The notes below the pieces were generated by a model. It made no database searches. It worked only from the letters and a program-made list of their open reading frames with translations, and was not told the DNA's origin. The position numbers and the translations under genes were made by a program. Shown one piece after another: positions 39,439 to 63,900 of a stretch of DNA of 64,000 bases. The stretch spans positions 1 through 64,000 of the forward strand of contig CAWAWS010000009.1 of assembly GCA_963785725.1 (NCBI GenBank), written 5' to 3'. Every line of letters begins with the position of its first letter. Within the stretch, counting starts at the first letter, position 1. This DNA comes from an uncultured delta proteobacterium (GTDB taxonomy: Bacteria; Myxococcota_A; Polyangia; Palsa-1104).

Positions 39439-40183
39439 AAACAGTTACGCTCAAGATCAAGCGGCAGGATTCGCCGTCGGCGGCGCCGCGCTGGGAAGAG
39501 TTCACCGTGCCGTGGGAGGAGCGGCTCAACGTGCACGCGGCGTTGATGGCGATTCAGCGCCAGCCCAAGACGACGAGCGGGCAGAAGACGACGCCGGTCG
39601 CCTGGGACGCCAACTGCCTCGAGGAGGTCTGCGGCTCGTGCACCATGATCATCAACGGGCAGCGTGCATGCAGGCCTGCTCGACGCTGACCGATAGCCTC
39701 GGCGACGGCCCCATCGAGCTGCGGCCGATGACGAAGTTCCCGCTGATTCGCGACCTGTGCGTCGATCGCACGCGCATCTTCAGCGACTTCAAGCGCGTGC
39801 ACGCCTGGATCGACATCGACGGCACGCACGACCTCGGCCCCGGCCTGCGGCAGAAGCCGGAGCTGGCCGACACGCGCTACGAGCTGTCGCGCTGCATGGC
39901 GTGCGGCTGCTGCTTGGAGGCGTGTCCGAACTACGGGCCGCAGTCGCAGTTCATGGGCGCGGCGCCGATTTCGCAGGCGCGACTGTTCAACATGCATCCG
40001 TCGGGCGAGATGCACAAAGAGGAGCGGCTCGAGGCGCTCATGGAAGACGGCGGCGTCGAGGGCTGCGGCAACGCGCAGAACTGCGTGCAGGTGTGCCCGA
40101 AGGAAATTCCGCTGACGACGTCGATCGCCGACATGAACGGCCAGACGGCGAAGTTCGCGCTGTCGACGCTCTTCCGCCGCTGA
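39435..40183 (+). CDS. sdhB: Succinate dehydrogenase iron-sulfur subunit (frameshift near 39665)
   Basis: CLEEVCGSC...QAC, CMACGCCLEACP and CGNAQNCVQVCPKEIP. Confidence 0.92.
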
Positions 40184-40515
40184 TCTCCGCGCACTTCGTT
40201 TTTTCACCGCATCGTTAGCGCGTACGAATCGCCGGAGAGACCGTCGGGCCGGCGTGGGCCTGCGGCGATCGGTCGGGACGGGCGGTCGGCAAGGGGTTGC
40301 CGGATTGGCGACGGTGCGCGGGCGGCCGGTGGCCGCGCGCAGCGTCGCTCCGTCGGGCCGGCCATCGTGGAGTCGGGCACAACGGCGCAAGGTTTATTCC
40401 GGGCGCACGCGCTCCGCACCCACGCGCGCCCCCAAGAAGCGGAAATCGGACGGCGGGCGAAGCGGCAGCTGCGCGGGGAAACGTCAGCGGGGTGGCTGAC
40501 GGCGCGAACGGGCGG

Positions 40516-42522
40516 TCAGCCGAGCGTGATCGCCAGCGCGCCGGATGGCAGCACGTCGGCGCGCGCGTCGGCTGTCAGCAGCGTCGTCGCCGAATACTCG
40601 GCGATCAGCGCCGGCCCGCGCACGCTCACGCCGGCGCGCAGGCGTCGGCGGGACAAGAGCGGCGCGTCGTGCGGCTTGCCGTCGAGCCACAGCGTGACGC
40701 GGCCGAGCTCGGCCGGGCCGTCTTCGGCGGACTCGCGCGGCAAGGGTGGCGCCTCGGTCAACCCACGCCCCCGCAGCCGCAGCGTCACCAGCTCGACCGC
40801 GCGCTCGGGCAGCGCGTAGCCATAGCGCGCCTGATGCATCGCGTGGAAGGCAGCCACGACATCGCTGACGCCGCGTTCGAGCGTCACCGGCAGCGCGAAC
40901 GACTGGCCGGCATAGCGCAGCGTCGCCGTGCGCGTGAAGCGGCGCGCGGCCGGCGCCACGCCATCGGCATCGAGGGCGCGCGTCGCGGCCGTCGTCAACG
41001 GCAGGAAGTCGGCCGCCAGCGACTCGGGCGCCAGTCGCGCGCCCGCCGGCAGCGGGCGGTGGTCGCGCGGCGTCGCGACGACGTCGTGCACGACGTCGGC
41101 CGCCAGCGCGCCAAACGCGCACAACAGGCCCGGCGACGGCGGCACCAAGATGCGCGTCATGCCCAGCTCGCGCGCGACGGCACACGCATGCAGCGCGCCG
41201 GCGCCGCCAAACGGCAACAGCGTGCACGTCGCCGGATCGTGCCCGCGCTCGACGGAGATGACCTTGATCGCGCGCGCCATGACCGCCGCGGCGACGGCCA
41301 GCGCGTCCTCGGCCGCCTGCTCCACCGGCACACCCAGCGCCGCCGCCAGCTCGCCGACGACCGCCGTGGCACGCTCGCGCGACAACGACATGGCGCCGCC
41401 GAGCAGATCCGGCAGCCGACCGAGCACGACGTTGGCGTCGGTGATCGTCGCGCGCGTGCCGCCGCGATCGTATGCCGCCGGCCCCGGCTGCGCGCCGGCC
41501 GACTCGGGCCCGACCTTGAGCGCGCCGCCGCTGTCACGCCACACGATCGACCCGCCGCCGGCGCCGACGGTGTGCACCGCCAACATCGGCAGCTGCAGCA
41601 CGCAGCCGGCGACTTCGGCCTCGTCGGTCGCGGCCACTTCGCCGGCGACGATGAGCGCGACATCGGTCGACGTGCCGCCCATGTCGAAGGTGATGACGTC
41701 GCCGATGCCCGCCGCGCGCGCCACCGCCTGCGCGCCGATGACGCCCGCCGCCGGCCCCGACAACAGCGTGCGCACCGGCCGCGCCGCGCACTCCTCGGCC
41801 GACATCGCGCCGCCCGACGACTGCATGACCCGCACGCGCGCGCCCGCCGGCGCCAGCTCCGCCAGCCGCGCCAGATAAGGCGCGACCACCGGCTTGACGT
41901 ACGCATCCACCACCGTCGTCGACGTCCGCTCGTACTCGCGCATGAGCGGCAACACGTCCGACGACAACGAGAGCGGAAGGCCCAGCGGCGCCAGGGTCTC
42001 GGCGACGATCCGCTCGTGCGCCGGGTTGGCGTACGCGTGCAGCAGGCAGACGGCGATCGCGCGCACGCCGCTCGTGGCGATGGCGTGCTGCACACGATCG
42101 CGCAGTCGCGTCAGCTCCGCCGCGTCCGGCGCGCGCAGCACGCTGCCGTCGGCCGCGATGCGCTCGGCCAAGCCCAGCCGCAACGGCGCGTCGATGAGCG
42201 GCACCGGCAGCTGCGGATGGAGCGCATACAGCTGCGGCCGCGTCTGCCGCGCCAGCTCGAGCACGTCCTCGAACCCGGCCGTCGTCACCAACAGCGCCGG
42301 CCCGCCACGCCGCTCGATGAGCGCGTTCGTCGCCACCGTCGTCGAGTGCACCAGCTCGTCCACCGTCGTCGCAGCTTGGCCGCTGACTTGCCGCGCGCCG
42401 TCGATGACCGGCCGCCACGCGTCGTCACCGGCCGCCGACGGCACTTTGACGACGCGCAGCACCTCACCGTCGACGGCGACGACGTCCGTGAACGTCCCGC
42501 CGCTGTCGATCCCGATCCGCAA
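40516..42522 (-). CDS. Hydantoinase A / 5-oxoprolinase family protein
   Basis: RIGIDSGGTFTD, HSTTVATNALIER, EYERTSTT, LSGPAAG, DMGGTSTDV, GAGGGSI and FGGAGALHA. Start is approximate. Confidence 0.9.
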   Translation of the reverse strand: MRIGIDSGGTFTDVVAVDGEVLRVVKVPSAAGDDAWRPVIDGARQVSGQAATTVDELVHSTTVATNALIERRGGPALLVTTAGFEDVLELARQTRPQLYALHPQLPVPLIDAPLRLGLAERIAADGSVLRAPDAAELTRLRDRVQHAIATSGVRAIAVCLLHAYANPAHERIVAETLAPLGLPLSLSSDVLPLMREYERTSTTVVDAYVKPVVAPYLARLAELAPAGARVRVMQSSGGAMSAEECAARPVRTLLSGPAAGVIGAQAVARAAGIGDVITFDMGGTSTDVALIVAGEVAATDEAEVAGCVLQLPMLAVHTVGAGGGSIVWRDSGGALKVGPESAGAQPGPAAYDRGGTRATITDANVVLGRLPDLLGGAMSLSRERATAVVGELAAALGVPVEQAAEDALAVAAAVMARAIKVISVERGHDPATCTLLPFGGAGALHACAVARELGMTRILVPPSPGLLCAFGALAADVVHDVVATPRDHRPLPAGARLAPESLAADFLPLTTAATRALDADGVAPAARRFTRTATLRYAGQSFALPVTLERGVSDVVAAFHAMHQARYGYALPERAVELVTLRLRGRGLTEAPPLPRESAEDGPAELGRVTLWLDGKPHDAPLLSRRRLRAGVSVRGPALIAEYSATTLLTADARADVLPSGALAITLG

Positions 42523-42533
42523 TGGAACGCTGC

Positions 42534-43334
42534 TTAACCGCGCGCGAGGTGGCGCTGGGCGTGCTTGTCGAGCCGCGAGTAGAACTCGGGTCCGAAGATC
42601 TGCGTGATGACGCCCTGGCAAGCGCGATACATCGGGTCGTACTTCGGATCCTGGTCGACGAGGCAGGCGAAGACGTCTTCCTTCTGCTCGTCGTCGGACT
42701 CGTTGTCGAAGAGCGCCTCGGTGGCGTTGGCGTAAATCGTCAGCAGCAAGCGCTCTTTGCCGTCGTCATCCTCGTAATCGAGGATCGCCAGCGGCCACAA
42801 CGAGCAGCCGACCGGCTTGTACACCCACGGATCGAGCCCCTCTTCGAGACACGTCTTGTGGATGGCGCAGGCCGTGTGGCCCTTGTCGTAGACGACGAAC
42901 TGGCAGATGCCGTGATCGCGCTCGCGCATGGCGAACGAGAAGTCGGCCTGCAGCTCGAACGGCAGCTCCGAGTGATCCTGGTTGAACTCGTGATCGGGCG
43001 GCAAGCGCTTACGCACCAGCGGCAAGATCTCGAGCACCTTATCGCGATCGAGATCGCTCACCGGCACCGTGTATTTCGAGCAGCACGAGTTGTCGATGAT
43101 CGGCCGCGCGTCGTCCTTCTTGTCGTGCGGCGTCCACTGAATGCAGCGGTGCCGGTCGCACAAGAACGTCCGCTCGACGAGGCTGTCGATGTCGACGTCG
43201 ATGTTGCCGATGGTGATGAGCGAGCCGCGCGCCTTTTGCACTTCGACGTAGCGCTTGACGGGCGGCTTGCCCAGATCTTTGACGTAGAGCTTGAGCGCCT
43301 CTGATCGTTTGGGCGCCGCTTTTTGTTTGTTCAT
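42534..43334 (-). CDS. Cys-cluster protein (DUF3109/YkgJ-like)
   Basis: FLCD..C, SCC, CQF, CAIHK and KPVGCSLWPL pattern. Confidence 0.65.
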   Translation of the reverse strand: MNKQKAAPKRSEALKLYVKDLGKPPVKRYVEVQKARGSLITIGNIDVDIDSLVERTFLCDRHRCIQWTPHDKKDDARPIIDNSCCSKYTVPVSDLDRDKVLEILPLVRKRLPPDHEFNQDHSELPFELQADFSFAMRERDHGICQFVVYDKGHTACAIHKTCLEEGLDPWVYKPVGCSLWPLAILDYEDDDGKERLLLTIYANATEALFDNESDDEQKEDVFACLVDQDPKYDPMYRACQGVITQIFGPEFYSRLDKHAQRHLARG

Positions 43335-43346
43335 GTCGCGCTTTCT

Positions 43347-55430
<12,084 letters not shown>

Positions 55431-55637
55431 GTGGCGCTATCCTCACACGTTCACAGGGGAAAAGGGCGGCCTAAAGCGGCGTCGGTTATAACACGCGACA
55501 CCGACCCGATCAACTCGTTAAGGCGGCAAGACTACGCTGAGATTTCGGAAGTGACGAGATGAGAGCGACGGGTGAAACGGAGTGCGGCAACGCTTTGGTG
55601 TGCAACCGGCGCGCGGTAGACCAAAGCGGCGATCGAC

Positions 55638-56525
55638 CTACGGGGCGTCGAGCGCGTAGATCTCGTCGCTGGCGGCCTTCGACAGCTCGGGACCAGCCTT
55701 CGACCCGTAGCCCTTGATGAACTTGTCGAGCCACTCCTTGGCGTGCACCTTGTCGTTCAAGAGCTTGTAGGTGTGCCCGACGTTGTAATAGGCGAGATAG
55801 AGGTCCGGGTTGAGCTGCACGGCCTTCTGGAACTCTTTGATCGCCTCTTCGTACTGCTTTTGCTTCTGCAGCGCCTCGGCCAAGCCCTGGTGCGCGTCGC
55901 CGTCGGAGTCGCTGGCCAGAATCGCGTTCTGGAAGACCTGCGCCGCCTCTTTGTCGTAGTCGTTGTCGAGGTACATGTCGCCCAGCTTCAGGTACGGCTG
56001 GACGAAGCGCGGGTTGGACTCGATCGCCTTGCGATACTCGGCGTCGGCCTCGCGCAGCTTGTCCTGCGCCTGCAGCGCGATGCCCATCCGGTAGTGCGCC
56101 TTGTACAGCTTCGGGTCGAGCGACAGCGCCTTGGTGAACTCCGCCTGCGCTTCACCAATCTTCGCCGGATTGCCCAGCTTCTCCGGATGCGCCACCGGCT
56201 CCGGCGGCAGGCTCTGCTCGTACAGCGCGTTGCCGAGCTCGTAGTGCAGCGCCGGGTTGTCGGTGTCGAGCCGCGCCGCCGACGTGAAGGCGTCGGCCGC
56301 CTCCGGCCACTTGCGCATGTCCTTGTAAATGACGCCCATGTTGTAGAACGCGGCGGCATTCGTCGGATCGATCACGGTCGCCTGCTTCAGGTTCGTCAGG
56401 GCGGTGTCGAAGATCTTCTGCCGACCCGCCTCGACGCCCTTGTTCATCACTTCGATCGAGCGATTATGATCTTCATTGCAGCCCGTCGCGGCGACGAGCA
56501 TTGCAGCAGCGATGACTCGTTTCAT
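55638..56525 (-). CDS. TPR lipoprotein within the glt cluster
   Basis: MKRVIAAAMLVAATGC lipobox and multiple TPRs (AFYNMGVIY, LHYELGNAL, AHYRMGIAL, AYYNVGHTY). Confidence 0.85.
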   Translation of the reverse strand: MKRVIAAAMLVAATGCNEDHNRSIEVMNKGVEAGRQKIFDTALTNLKQATVIDPTNAAAFYNMGVIYKDMRKWPEAADAFTSAARLDTDNPALHYELGNALYEQSLPPEPVAHPEKLGNPAKIGEAQAEFTKALSLDPKLYKAHYRMGIALQAQDKLREADAEYRKAIESNPRFVQPYLKLGDMYLDNDYDKEAAQVFQNAILASDSDGDAHQGLAEALQKQKQYEEAIKEFQKAVQLNPDLYLAYYNVGHTYKLLNDKVHAKEWLDKFIKGYGSKAGPELSKAASDEIYALDAP

Positions 56526-56572
56526 GGCGCGAACCCTATCATTTCGAGGAGGGAAGGTGAAGCGAACGAGGC

Positions 56573-59100
56573 TTATTCCGCGCCCGCGGCCTTGAGGACG
56601 AACGGATACGAGACGATGACGATACCGCCGCCTTGCGGCTTCGGGAACTCCCAGCGCTTGACGGCCTGCGCGATGCACTGCTCGACCGACGGGTTGTTCA
56701 TCGTCGAGTTGGCTGCACGATCGAAGCAATGACCTGACCGGTGCCGCTGATGGTGAACTGCACCATGACGCGACCGTAGAGGTCCTGCTTATGCATCAGC
56801 TCCTTCTCGTAGCAGAACTTCACTTCGTTCAAGTGGCGGCGAATGATGCGGCGGATGATTTCCTTGTCGAGCGAGCCGCGCACCTGCGCCGTGCCGGGAA
56901 CGACGTCGGGCGCCGAGGCGCGACGACCGCCGAGACCGCCGGCGCCGCGGCCGTAGCCGGAGCCGTTGCCGCCGCCGCCGCCCTTGCCGATGGTGCCGAG
57001 GTTGCCGAGGCCGATCGTGCCTTCACCGGTGCCGCCGCCGCCCTTGCCCGAGCCGACGAGGCCGAGGCCGCCGACGCCGTACGCTTCGCCGATCTGCGTG
57101 CCGACGAGACCACCGAGGACGTTCTCGGCGTCGTTACCGAGCGCCGTGTCGCGACCGAAGATCGACGCCAAGTGCGAGCCTTCCGTCGACTTCAAGAGGC
57201 CGATGCACGCCCGACTTCTGCGCCTGCTCTTCGGCGAGCATCTTCGCGAGGTGCGGATCCGTGTTGTCCTTCGGACCCTTGAGGCCGTAGAGACCAGACT
57301 TGTTCTTGCTGGTCTTCTTGCCCATCTTGCCTTCTTCGCCCTTGTGGCGCTTGCCCTTGCCACCGGCTTCGTCGTTCGACTTCTTCTTGAGCCACTCCGG
57401 AATCTGCTCTTCCTTCTCCTCCGGCGGCTTGATCAAGAACTGCGCGAAGCGCTTGTCGTTCATGAAGGCGTCGAGCGACAGCGACTTGGGATCGGGCGGA
57501 ATCGAGTAGACCATGAAGAGGAACAGCAGCACGGCGAGACCGGTCGCGCCGGTGTACGCCTGCGTGTTCCAATCGATCTCGAATCGGCGTCTCGTAGTGA
57601 CGCGGCGGCGGCACCGACGAGATGAGGAACGTGTTCTGCGCGAGGTCGATCTTGGCGCGGGCGTTGTTCGGAATCGCCCAGGCGTACGCGCCCGCCACTT
57701 CCGACGACGCGTGCGCGCGGCCCGACTGCGCCAGCTGCGCCAGCGACATCGTCTGACCATCGACGGTGATGTCGCCCGACATCTGGTTCGTGAAGAGCAG
57801 CTCGAAGTCGGTGCCCGTCGAGTGCACGAGCGGGAACGACGCCACCGGCAGGTACTCGGCCGGCGCGTTGAACAGCGCCTTGCCATCCGGTCCGATGGTG
57901 AAGTCGCGGGGCCCACGCTCCGAGAACAGGCGGAACAGGCCGTGGAACAGCGAGTAGATACCGGCGCCGAGCATCAACACCGCGAGGATGTCGAGGAACG
58001 GACCGTCGTGCGGCAGCACGAACTCGTTGTGCGGCTTGCCGGCCGCGTCCCACGCATCCCACGCGCGGTGAATGCCGGAGACGTCGACGAAGGCGACGAT
58101 GAAGCTGATGAACGAGATGGCGAGCGCCGCGACGCTGAAGCCGAGGAGGCCCTTGGTCGCGCCGCTGACGGTGCCGGCGGTCGGGTTCGAGAGGTGGGCG
58201 ACCTCGACGATCGCGTCCTCGAACATGGCGTTGACTTCGATGGCGCGCGAGCCGTCCTGCACTTCGACGGCCGAGGGATCGAATCCCGGAGGCGCGCCGA
58301 AACCGGCGGGCGCGCCGGCGCCACGATAGGCACCGCCGTGACCACCGGCGGGCGCCGCGTGAGCCGCGGGCGGCGCGAAAGCCGGCGCGGGCGGCGCAAA
58401 CGCAGGCGCCGGAGGCGCGAACGGCGGCGGCGGATTGTTCGGCTGCCCGAACGACTGCGCCGGCGGCGGCGCGAACGGATTGGGAGCGGCCTGCTGCGGC
58501 GGCGCAAACTGCGGCGCCGGCGGAGCGTACTGCGGCTGCGGCGGCGCATACTGCGGCTGCGGCGGCGCGAACTGCTGCTGCGGCGGTGCAAACTGCTGCG
58601 GCGGCGCGGCTGCCGGCGGCGCCGGGAAGCTCGGCGCCGGCGGCGCGGCCGGCGCCGCGAACGGCGACGGCGACGCCGACATGCCCATCACCGTCGCGCG
58701 CTGCTGCGGCGCGGGCGCGGTCTGCGGCGCCAGCTGCACCTGCGTCGGACCGTCGTCGGCCTGAGCCGCGATCGGCTCCCCGACGGCGACGACGAGCTTG
58801 GTATTGCCGAGGACGATCTCGATCACCCGACTGCAGCTTGGTCTTGTTGACCTTCTGCCCGTTGACCAGCGTGCCCTTGGTCGAGCCGAGATCGATGATG
58901 TAGATCTCGCCCGGACCCGCGATCTCGATGACCGCGTGCATGCGGCTGACCGCTTCGTCGTCAATGCGCAGGTGGCTCGACGACAGCTTGCCGACCTTGA
59001 TGATGTCTTGGGTCAGCGTCTCGGTCCGCACGTACTGATCCCCCTTGGGATCGACCTTGTAGATCTCGAAAGTCAGGGGGACGTTCACGCCGCTCGGCAT
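56573..59100 (-). CDS. gltG: GltG/PglI-like protein: FHA, Pro-rich region, TM, Gly-rich linker, TonB-C domain; about 4 frameshifts
   Basis: FHA motif IKVGKLSSSHLRIDDEAVSRMHAVIE...DLGSTKGTLVNG. C-terminal GSLDKEIIRRIIRRHLNEVKFCYEKEL...VEQCIAQAVKRWEFPKPQGGGIVIVSYPFVL. Confidence 0.82.
58380..58660 (-). repeat. Coding low-complexity tandem repeats (about 21 bp units; APPQPQY / APPAPAF) in gltG
   Basis: Repeated CTGCGGCTGCGGCGGCGC-like units encoding PPQQFAPPQQQFAPPQPQYAPPQPQYAPPAPQF. Confidence 0.7.
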
Positions 59101-59118
59101 TGCCAGCTCCTAAGAGTG

Positions 59119-59382
59119 CTAGATGTCTTCAGCAGACTTGATCATCTCCGGGATGAAGTTCTCCCGGATCTTGATCAGCGACGAATGCTTGGCGCCTTTG
59201 CGCGTATCGACGAATTCACCGTCGGGCCGCACGAGGTCGCCTTCGACCGTGTCGTCATCGAAGTCGTAGACCGTCTTCGACTTGTACTGAGTCTCGCCGG
59301 CCGGCGGCGCCTGCGCCAACAAGGCGCCGGGACCAGCCAACAGCGTTGCTCCGAACACGAGAGCCATCAGTTTGCGCGACAT
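59119..59382 (-). CDS. gltF: Gliding motility protein GltF/CglF-like
   Basis: Signal peptide followed by KTVYDFDDDTVEGDLVRPDG...HSSLIKIRENFIPEMIKSAEDI. Lies between gltE and gltG. Confidence 0.8.
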   Translation of the reverse strand: MSRKLMALVFGATLLAGPGALLAQAPPAGETQYKSKTVYDFDDDTVEGDLVRPDGEFVDTRKGAKHSSLIKIRENFIPEMIKSAEDI

Positions 59383-59466
59383 GGTTCTAACCTCCCTAAT
59401 GGACAACGCGACTAGCGCGCGGTTCCAAAAATATTAAAGGTAGCGCACATCAGCAGATAATGCCCC

Positions 59467-60967
59467 TTACTTGCTGGGCTTTTCAGCGGCGTCGCCAGCC
59501 GGAGCGGCGCCCTTGGCGTCACCTTTGGCGTCCGCCGGAGCAGCGCCCTTGGCATCGGCCGGAGCGCCCTTCTTCGCGGCCTCCTGCTGGGCCTTCTCCT
59601 GCGCTTCCATCTCCTTCTGCTGCTTCTCCATCTGTTCCTGCATGACCTTGTTCTCGGCTTCGATCTTCTTCTGCTGCTCGAGCGCCGCGAACATGTCGTC
59701 GATGTCCTTGATGCGACGCTCGGAGTCCTTGACCTTGTCGGCGTTGGTGTTGCCGCAGCCGCGGTACTTCGAGAAGAAGTCCTTGGCCGTGTTGAGGTTG
59801 GCGTTGGCCGGGTCGCTCTTGTAGTCCTGGTAGAGCACGCCCATGTTGTACTGAATCGCGCAGTTCTTCGGGTCGAGGTCGGCCGCCTTCTTGTACCAGC
59901 TCTCCGCTTCCTCGATCTTCTTGAGGCCGCGCGACGCCACGCCCATTCCGACGGTGGCGTCGAGGTTCTTCGGGTCCAGCTTCAGGACCGCCGCGAACGC
60001 CGTCGCCGCCTTCTCGTACTGACGCGTCGACAAGCCGATGGCGCCGATGTTCAAGTGCGCCTCGACGTACTTCGGATCGAGCGACGCCGCCTGCTCGAAG
60101 TTCTTGAGCGCGACGGACATGTACTTCTTGCGCAGGTTGATGAGGCCGAGCGTGTTGTAGATCGGCGGATAGTTCTTATCGAGCTCCTTGCCTTGGTTGC
60201 AGACGAGCTCGGCCAGGTCGAGCTTGGCGCGGTCGTTCTCGGCGATCGTGTAGTAGACGAGCGCGAGCAGGCCGTAAGCCGGCAGCGAGTAGGCGTCGAT
60301 GGCGAGCGCGCGACGCAGGTTCGAAATCGCCTGCGTGTAGAGCGCGCGATCACCGGACTGCTTGCCCTGCTGATAGAGAATCGCCGCCAGGTTGTTGTAG
60401 GCCGGCGCGTTGCCGCGCGGATCCGCCTGAATGGCCTTCTCGAACCACGACTTCGCCGTCGCCGGGTTGTTCTGCTTGTAATAGAGCTCGCCGAGGTTGT
60501 TCAGCGCCGGCGAGTAGCCCGGATTCGCCGCCAACGCCGCGTTGTACTCGCTCTCCGCGCCCTTGTCGTCGTTGCACGCCTCGAGAATGGTGCCGGCGTT
60601 GAAGTGCGCCTGCGCCGCCAGCTTCGGCTCGCTGATGCGGGCGAACGCCGACGACAGCGAGCGGCAATCCTCGGCGTTCGGTGCCCGCCTTCTTCGCCGC
60701 TTCCCACTTCTTGACGGCGCCGTCGAACTCCGCCTTGACGCTGGCCGAGACCTTGGGCGGCTCCGGCTGCTTGGCGGCCGCTTGCTGCTGCTGCTGCGCC
60801 TGCTCGATCTTCTCCGAGGACGGCGGCTTGGGCGCGGTCTCGTTCTTCGCCGCTGCGGTCTGGGCCTCTTCTTCGTCGCCCTTGGTCGCGGGCTGTCCCG
60901 CCGTCGCGCAGCCGACCGCCGACGCCGCCAGCAGCGCCGACAACATGAATCCGTTGAAGCGCTTCAT
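59467..60967 (-). CDS. gltE: Gliding motility TPR lipoprotein GltE/AglT-like (frameshift near 60680)
   Basis: Lipobox AVGC, TPRs (AHFNAG, ALNNLG, IYNTLG, AHLNIG) and a C-terminal Q/E/K coiled coil. Syntenic with gltD and gltF. Confidence 0.78.
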
Positions 60968-63900
60968 TTACTTCGTCTCCAAAGGCTGAACCTGCGTCCG
61001 ATCCATCGTCACCGCGACGTAGCCTGGCTGCGCGCGAATCTCGGCCGCCAGCGGGTACTCGATGGGCTTGATCTGGTTGAGCTCGGCCTCGCACAGCTGC
61101 GACCACTCGTCGGAGAACGACAGCTCCGTCGACTTGTTGAGGCAGATCGAGAGACCGTCGATGGCCTTGGCCTCGATCGGCTCGGCCTGGTCGGTCAGCG
61201 CGTCGCAATACGCGTCGTGGAACATCTGGTCGAAGTCTTCCTGCGGATAGCCCTGCGGCGCCGAGCCCGCCTTCGGGACCGGAGCGGTGTAGAGCTGGCC
61301 CGAGAAGTCCTGGAAGACCTGGCCGATGCGTGCCGCGGCCGCGATGACCCAGTGCGCGTTCTTGAAGAGAATGACGTTCTGATAGATCTTCCGCGCCACC
61401 TCGAGCTGCTTGCCCTTGGCGTCGAGGTACGATTTGAACTTCTTCAGCGACTCGGCCATCTTCGCCTTCTGCGCCTTGACGCGACCGGGCGACGAGCCGT
61501 CCGGCGGCGGCGAGAAGTCGAGCTTCTCCGGGATCTGGATCTTGAGGAACTTCTCGTACTCGAGATCGCCTTCCATCATGCGCGCTTCGGCCGCCTGCGC
61601 CGTCATGTTGACGATGCGCGCGTTGCGCTCTTCCTCGTCTTTGCCCGGAACCTGCTTCTCGGCCGCGCCGCCCCTGAACAGCTTGAGCGCCTCGGCAAAG
61701 TGCGCCATCGCCTCTTTGACCAGAGCCGGCTTGCGGTCGTGGACGATGATCTTCGACTTCGTCTCCGGACCGCACTGCGGCGGCAAGCCAGCGCCCTTCT
61801 TGTGGCTCTTCTTCTTGCCCTTGGTCTTCGCCGCCTGCTTTTCGGCCGCGCGAGCCGCGCCACCGGCGCGCGTACGCTGCACTTCGATGCAGGCGCCGTT
61901 GATGCCGCCGTTCGGCAGCGGGCAGGAGTCGCGCCAGGCGATCTCGCCCAGCTTGACCTGCGCCGTGATCTGACGATCGACGCCGCCGCGCGCACCCCAG
62001 AACTTCAAGTAGTCGAGGTTGTGCTTGCGCAGCTTGTCCCAGTCTTTCTGCTGCTCGTAAATGAGGCCCTCACCGAACGCGACGCCGGCGGCCTTGTCGA
62101 CGAACTCTTTGCGACCGCCGTAATCCTTGACGTAGAGCTCGACGTCCTTGACCGACTTCTCGTTGTCGCCGAGACCACGACGATAGAATCGAGGCCGAGA
62201 AGAGCGCGGTCGGCGCGTCCTTTTCGCCGGGATACTTCTCGGCGAACTGCTCGTACTTGTCGGCCGCGAGCTCGTAAGCGGCGATGTCCTGATAGTTACG
62301 ACCGATCTGGAAGATCGCCTTCTTCGCCAGCACCGAGTCGGGGCGGACCTTGAGCAGCGCCTCGCGAGCGCCGATGGCCGAGCCGAGCAAGTGGGCGCGC
62401 TCGAAGAGGACTGCGGCCGAGTAATAGACTTCGTCGATCTTGGGATCGTTCGGGAAGTCCTGCGTCATCTTGATGTAGAGACCGGCGGCCTCTTTGAACT
62501 TGCCGTCCTTTGTCGCGAGCTCGATGCGCTTACGCGTCAGGCCCGAGGCCAGCGAGGTGCACTGGCTCGCGACGCTGGCGTCCCTCGGGGAGAAGGTCGG
62601 GCAGAACTGATCGAGCGTCGCCTGCAGCTCGTCGTACTGCTTCTTGATCGACAAGCAGTCGAACAACAGGTTGAGCGAGTAGATCGCCAGATCCGACTGC
62701 GCATGATGCTCGACGAGATCCTTGAACAGCGGGATCGCCTGATCGAAGTGGTTGTACTCGTAGTAGGTGTGCGCCTTCGTCCACTTGATCTTCGGCAGCT
62801 CGTCCGACGCCGGCACGTACTTGATGTACGTATCGAACGCCGCGATCATCTTCTGGAAGCGCTCGGGAATCGGCTTCGCCTCGAGCACCACCTCGCCCAC
62901 TTCGGTCTCGTCCTTTTCCTTGCCCTTCTTGCTCGCCTCTTTCGCCGCGGCGATCTCTTTGCTCTTCTTGACGCGCGTCTCACGCGTGTCCTCGCCCTCT
63001 TCGATCGAGAGGCAGTTCTTCCACGACAAGACCGAGGCGAACGCCGCGTCCTTGAGCCACTTGGCGTTCGGGTTCGGATCCATCTCGACGACCTTCGTGT
63101 AGACCGGCGCCGCTTCGCAGTATTTCTGGTTGTCGCCGGCCGTGCCCAGCTTCCACAGCAATTCGCCGTAGTAGTAGGTCATGACGTACGCGTCCTTCTC
63201 TTTCGGGAAGCGCGTCAGGTATTCCTTGTAGAGGTACTGAGCCAGCGCGTAGGTGTCGTTGTTGTTGGTGCGCTGCGCTTCTTTGTGCCAGACCGTCGCC
63301 AGCTCGCGCAGCGTGTTCGCCGTCGAGTCGCGGCATTCGTCGAGCATGTCCTTCTTGACGCCCGGCATGCCCTTGACCTTCTCGTAGATCGCCGAGAGGC
63401 GCTGGAGCTCCTTGACCGTGTCGGGCGCGGCGCGCGAGCCGGTATAGGCCAGCGTGTTCTTCATGACTTCGTTCTGCCAGGTGCAGACCTTGGGGCTGCT
63501 CGGCTCGAGCGTCATCAAGTTGCGATAGACCTTGATGGAGTCGGCGAACTGACCCTGGCCGTTGTAGAGCTCGCCGAGCTGCTCGAGCATCGTCATCGCG
63601 TAGTTGCCGCCGATGCGACGGAAGAAGTCCCACGCCTTCTCCGGCGTGCCGACGCGAGCGTAGGCGCGGACCGAGTCCTTCTTCGCCTCTTTCGAGAGCG
63701 CCGCCTTGCCGGCTTTGGCGCCCGGCGTGCCCGGCTTGTCGGAGAGCTCGATGACGTTGACGAACGTCGCCAACGCCTGCTTGAAGTCACCCAGGTTGAA
63801 GTAGACCCAGCCCTCGTAATACTTGGCGTAGATGAAGATCGTCGACTCGGGATACTGCAAGACCTTGTCGTAGAACTTGAGCGCGGCCTCGAGATCCTTG

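Noticed and set aside
40184..40515. ncRNA or small gene in the 330 bp gap between sdhB and the hydantoinase gene
   Set aside because: Only short GC-rich hairpins are present (for example CGTCAGC-GGGGTG-GCTGACG). There is no recognisable RNA motif or convincing ORF.
58380..58660. CRISPR or non-coding tandem array
   Set aside because: The repeats are in-frame Pro/Gln-rich coding sequence within gltG and have no unique spacers.
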